Origin: a virus
Taxonomy: Duplodnaviria > Heunggongvirae > Uroviricota > Caudoviricetes
Length of the DNA stretch: 64,000 nt
Reading direction: 5' to 3' (one strand)
Virus record (IMG/VR): IMGVR_UViG_3300017565_000017
Coordinates: 779-64,778 of that record
Position numbers and translations under genes: made by a program. Below the pieces are notes generated by a model. The model did not search any database. It was not told where the DNA came from and saw only the letters and a program-made list of their open reading frames with translations. This document shows positions 62,685 through 64,000 of this stretch, one piece after another. Every line of letters begins with the position of its first letter. Positions within the stretch are counted from its first letter, which is position 1.

Positions 62685-63026
62685 ATGAGATTCGCAGAAC
62701 GTATCTTGGCAGAGCTTCCGAATCGTCCGAATCGACCTGATAAGCCCGATTGGATCCGGAAAGCCGAGCGCCACCAAAAGCAAGAGCCGGAAAAGATCAA
62801 TAAGGTGCCTGAAGGTACATTTGAGCAAATGAGCCCTTCCCAGATTGCTCAGGATATCAAGACAAAGAGTGATAGTTTTGAACAAGCTATCAGTCGCATC
62901 CAGTATTATATCAACCGTTCAGGGGATCGGTTGACGGAAGCTGACAAACAAAAGATGGATAGGGTTAAAGAATCCCTATATCGATCTTACGGGCGCGAGC
63001 TTCCGAAGAATTCCTACGGATCGTAG
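62685..63026 (+). CDS. DUF3175-like protein with MRFAERILA leader
   Basis: AISRIQYYINRSGDRL...MDRVKESL resembles DUF3175 (AMSML.FYINRAGKNL) as I recall it. Confidence 0.6.
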   Translation: MRFAERILAELPNRPNRPDKPDWIRKAERHQKQEPEKINKVPEGTFEQMSPSQIAQDIKTKSDSFEQAISRIQYYINRSGDRLTEADKQKMDRVKESLYRSYGRELPKNSYGS

Positions 63027-63056
63027 GATGTATTACTTTTTGTAGGAATTAATAAG

Positions 63057-63272
63057 ATGGACCCTCTCGATTATGCCTCTGAGAATGAACAGATCTTTAA
63101 TGACAAATCTGTTCAGACTATACGTGACCAAGCGAAACGTCGTCTTCTATATTCAGGCTACTGCCGATATTGTGAAGAATATGTTCCAGAACCTCAAGTG
63201 TTTTGTGGCCCTGAATGTAGGGACGACTGGGAGCACGAACAGAAGATGGAGGCATTGAATGGGAAACGTTAA
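63057..63272 (+). CDS. DksA/TraR-like C4 zinc-finger protein (71 aa)
   Basis: MDPLDYASENEQ helix then CRYCEE..FCGPECRDDWE. Confidence 0.65.
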   Translation: MDPLDYASENEQIFNDKSVQTIRDQAKRRLLYSGYCRYCEEYVPEPQVFCGPECRDDWEHEQKMEALNGKR

Positions 63273-63296
63273 CCCTAAATAGAGTTGAGGTGTGTT

Positions 63297-63548
63297 ATGG
63301 CGGTAATTGATCGTTACGAGGCTCGCGTTACCGATAGTGGTATCCAGATTTTTATCGGTGTTGATTCAGAGACCCCGCAAACTACGCTGGTCGAAGGTCA
63401 AGGCTACGACGTGTTCATAGATTTCTATGACACGATTAATACGTTCCTTACGCCGTACATGAACCCGGAGCAGTATACTCCAATTCAGTCTATTTTAACT
63501 CAGGATGTTTACCGCATCGACATAGATGACCAAGGCGTAACTCCTTAA
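63297..63548 (+). CDS. Hypothetical acidic protein (start moved to ATG 63297)
   Basis: GAGG SD; ends before the terminator. Confidence 0.65.
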   Translation: MAVIDRYEARVTDSGIQIFIGVDSETPQTTLVEGQGYDVFIDFYDTINTFLTPYMNPEQYTPIQSILTQDVYRIDIDDQGVTP

Positions 63549-63557
63549 TGCTCGTTC

Positions 63558-63597
63558 AAAAGCCCCTGTGGACCATAATCCACAGGGGCTTTTCTTT
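63558..63597. terminator. Bidirectional intrinsic terminator
   Basis: AAAAGCCCCTGTGGA-CCATAA-TCCACAGGGGCTTTT-CTTTT between convergent genes. Confidence 0.88.
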
Positions 63598-63625
63598 TGA
63601 CTACGTACTTCTGGCTAGTGAAGCT

Positions 63626-64000
63626 TTACGTCTCTTGTCGAGCTTTCATTATGGCTTTCACCAACTCCATACGGGTCGGCAATGCCTTGGAGTCTACTGC
63701 CTTCACGATACGATCCCGGAAACCCTGTATCAGAATTAGCCGAGTTGCGCGTTTTTCATCGAATTCTGCGCATTTAGCCTCAATTCCTTTAACCACATCT
63801 TCCACGCTGGTCTTGGAATACTCTGAGATAGCTTTGAGGAAAGGGCCTACTTTAGTCTGGTCCACGCGCCACGCCGTAGCTTCGCGTCGCTGATCCTCCC
63901 AAGTGTAGGATTCTGCCATGGAATACTTATCATCCGGGCGGGGCATCTTAATGTCCTCCAGAAGAACAAGCAGCTCCATCTTGGCATCTTCAAGACTCAG
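63626..64000 (-). CDS. Hypothetical protein, probably 5'-truncated by the window edge
   Basis: Frame stays open from ATG 63979 to position 64000 (LSLEDAK-M). Confidence 0.65.
   Translation of the reverse strand: MSLEDAKMELLVLLEDIKMPRPDDKYSMAESYTWEDQRREATAWRVDQTKVGPFLKAISEYSKTSVEDVVKGIEAKCAEFDEKRATRLILIQGFRDRIVKAVDSKALPTRMELVKAIMKARQET

Noticed and set aside
1-64000. Stop-codon reassignment (alternative genetic code)
   Set aside because: The standard code gives dense, uninterrupted ORFs, and TAA, TAG and TGA all end genes at expected boundaries.
1-64000. tRNA/rRNA genes; phage-nucleus or PhuZ tubulin genes
   Set aside because: No cloverleaf with a T-loop in intergenic DNA and no tubulin or chimallin motif recognised; they could lie outside the window.

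Overview
This is a 64 kb segment of a large, lytic-looking myovirus (jumbo phage) genome in the standard genetic code. The gene set and order recall the phiRSL1/Lu11/PaBG-like jumbo phages, from memory and not verified. (1) 1-13604 (+) is an early/accessory region of small unknown genes. It opens with single-gene cassettes (extended -10 promoter, ORF, palindrome, intrinsic terminator), in which two palindromes match the bacterial chromosomal parS consensus perfectly (TGTTTCACGTGAAACA) and a third nearly. A NUMOD4-HNH endonuclease follows, flanked by a structured repeat with a covarying hairpin. Next is a tandem array of at least 10 highly diverged paralogues sharing a C-terminal H[PT]D-hydrophobic motif. 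(2) 13662-32967 (-) is the head/tail operon: tail tube, tail sheath, major capsid, scaffold-like protein, prohead protease, an Acb1-like 2H phosphodiesterase, HNH, an Ig-domain protein, small proteins with a shared N-terminal leader, and a GIY-YIG endonuclease. (3) 33116-63548 (+) carries a RuvC-like nuclease, a probable portal, tail fibres, a holin/GH19 lysis cassette, a cassette of paralogous Asp-box beta-propeller adhesins with duplicated adaptor-like genes, and further fibre genes. No tRNA, rRNA, CRISPR array, integrase or reverse transcriptase was seen. All protein calls come from motif recognition by eye; no database search was run.
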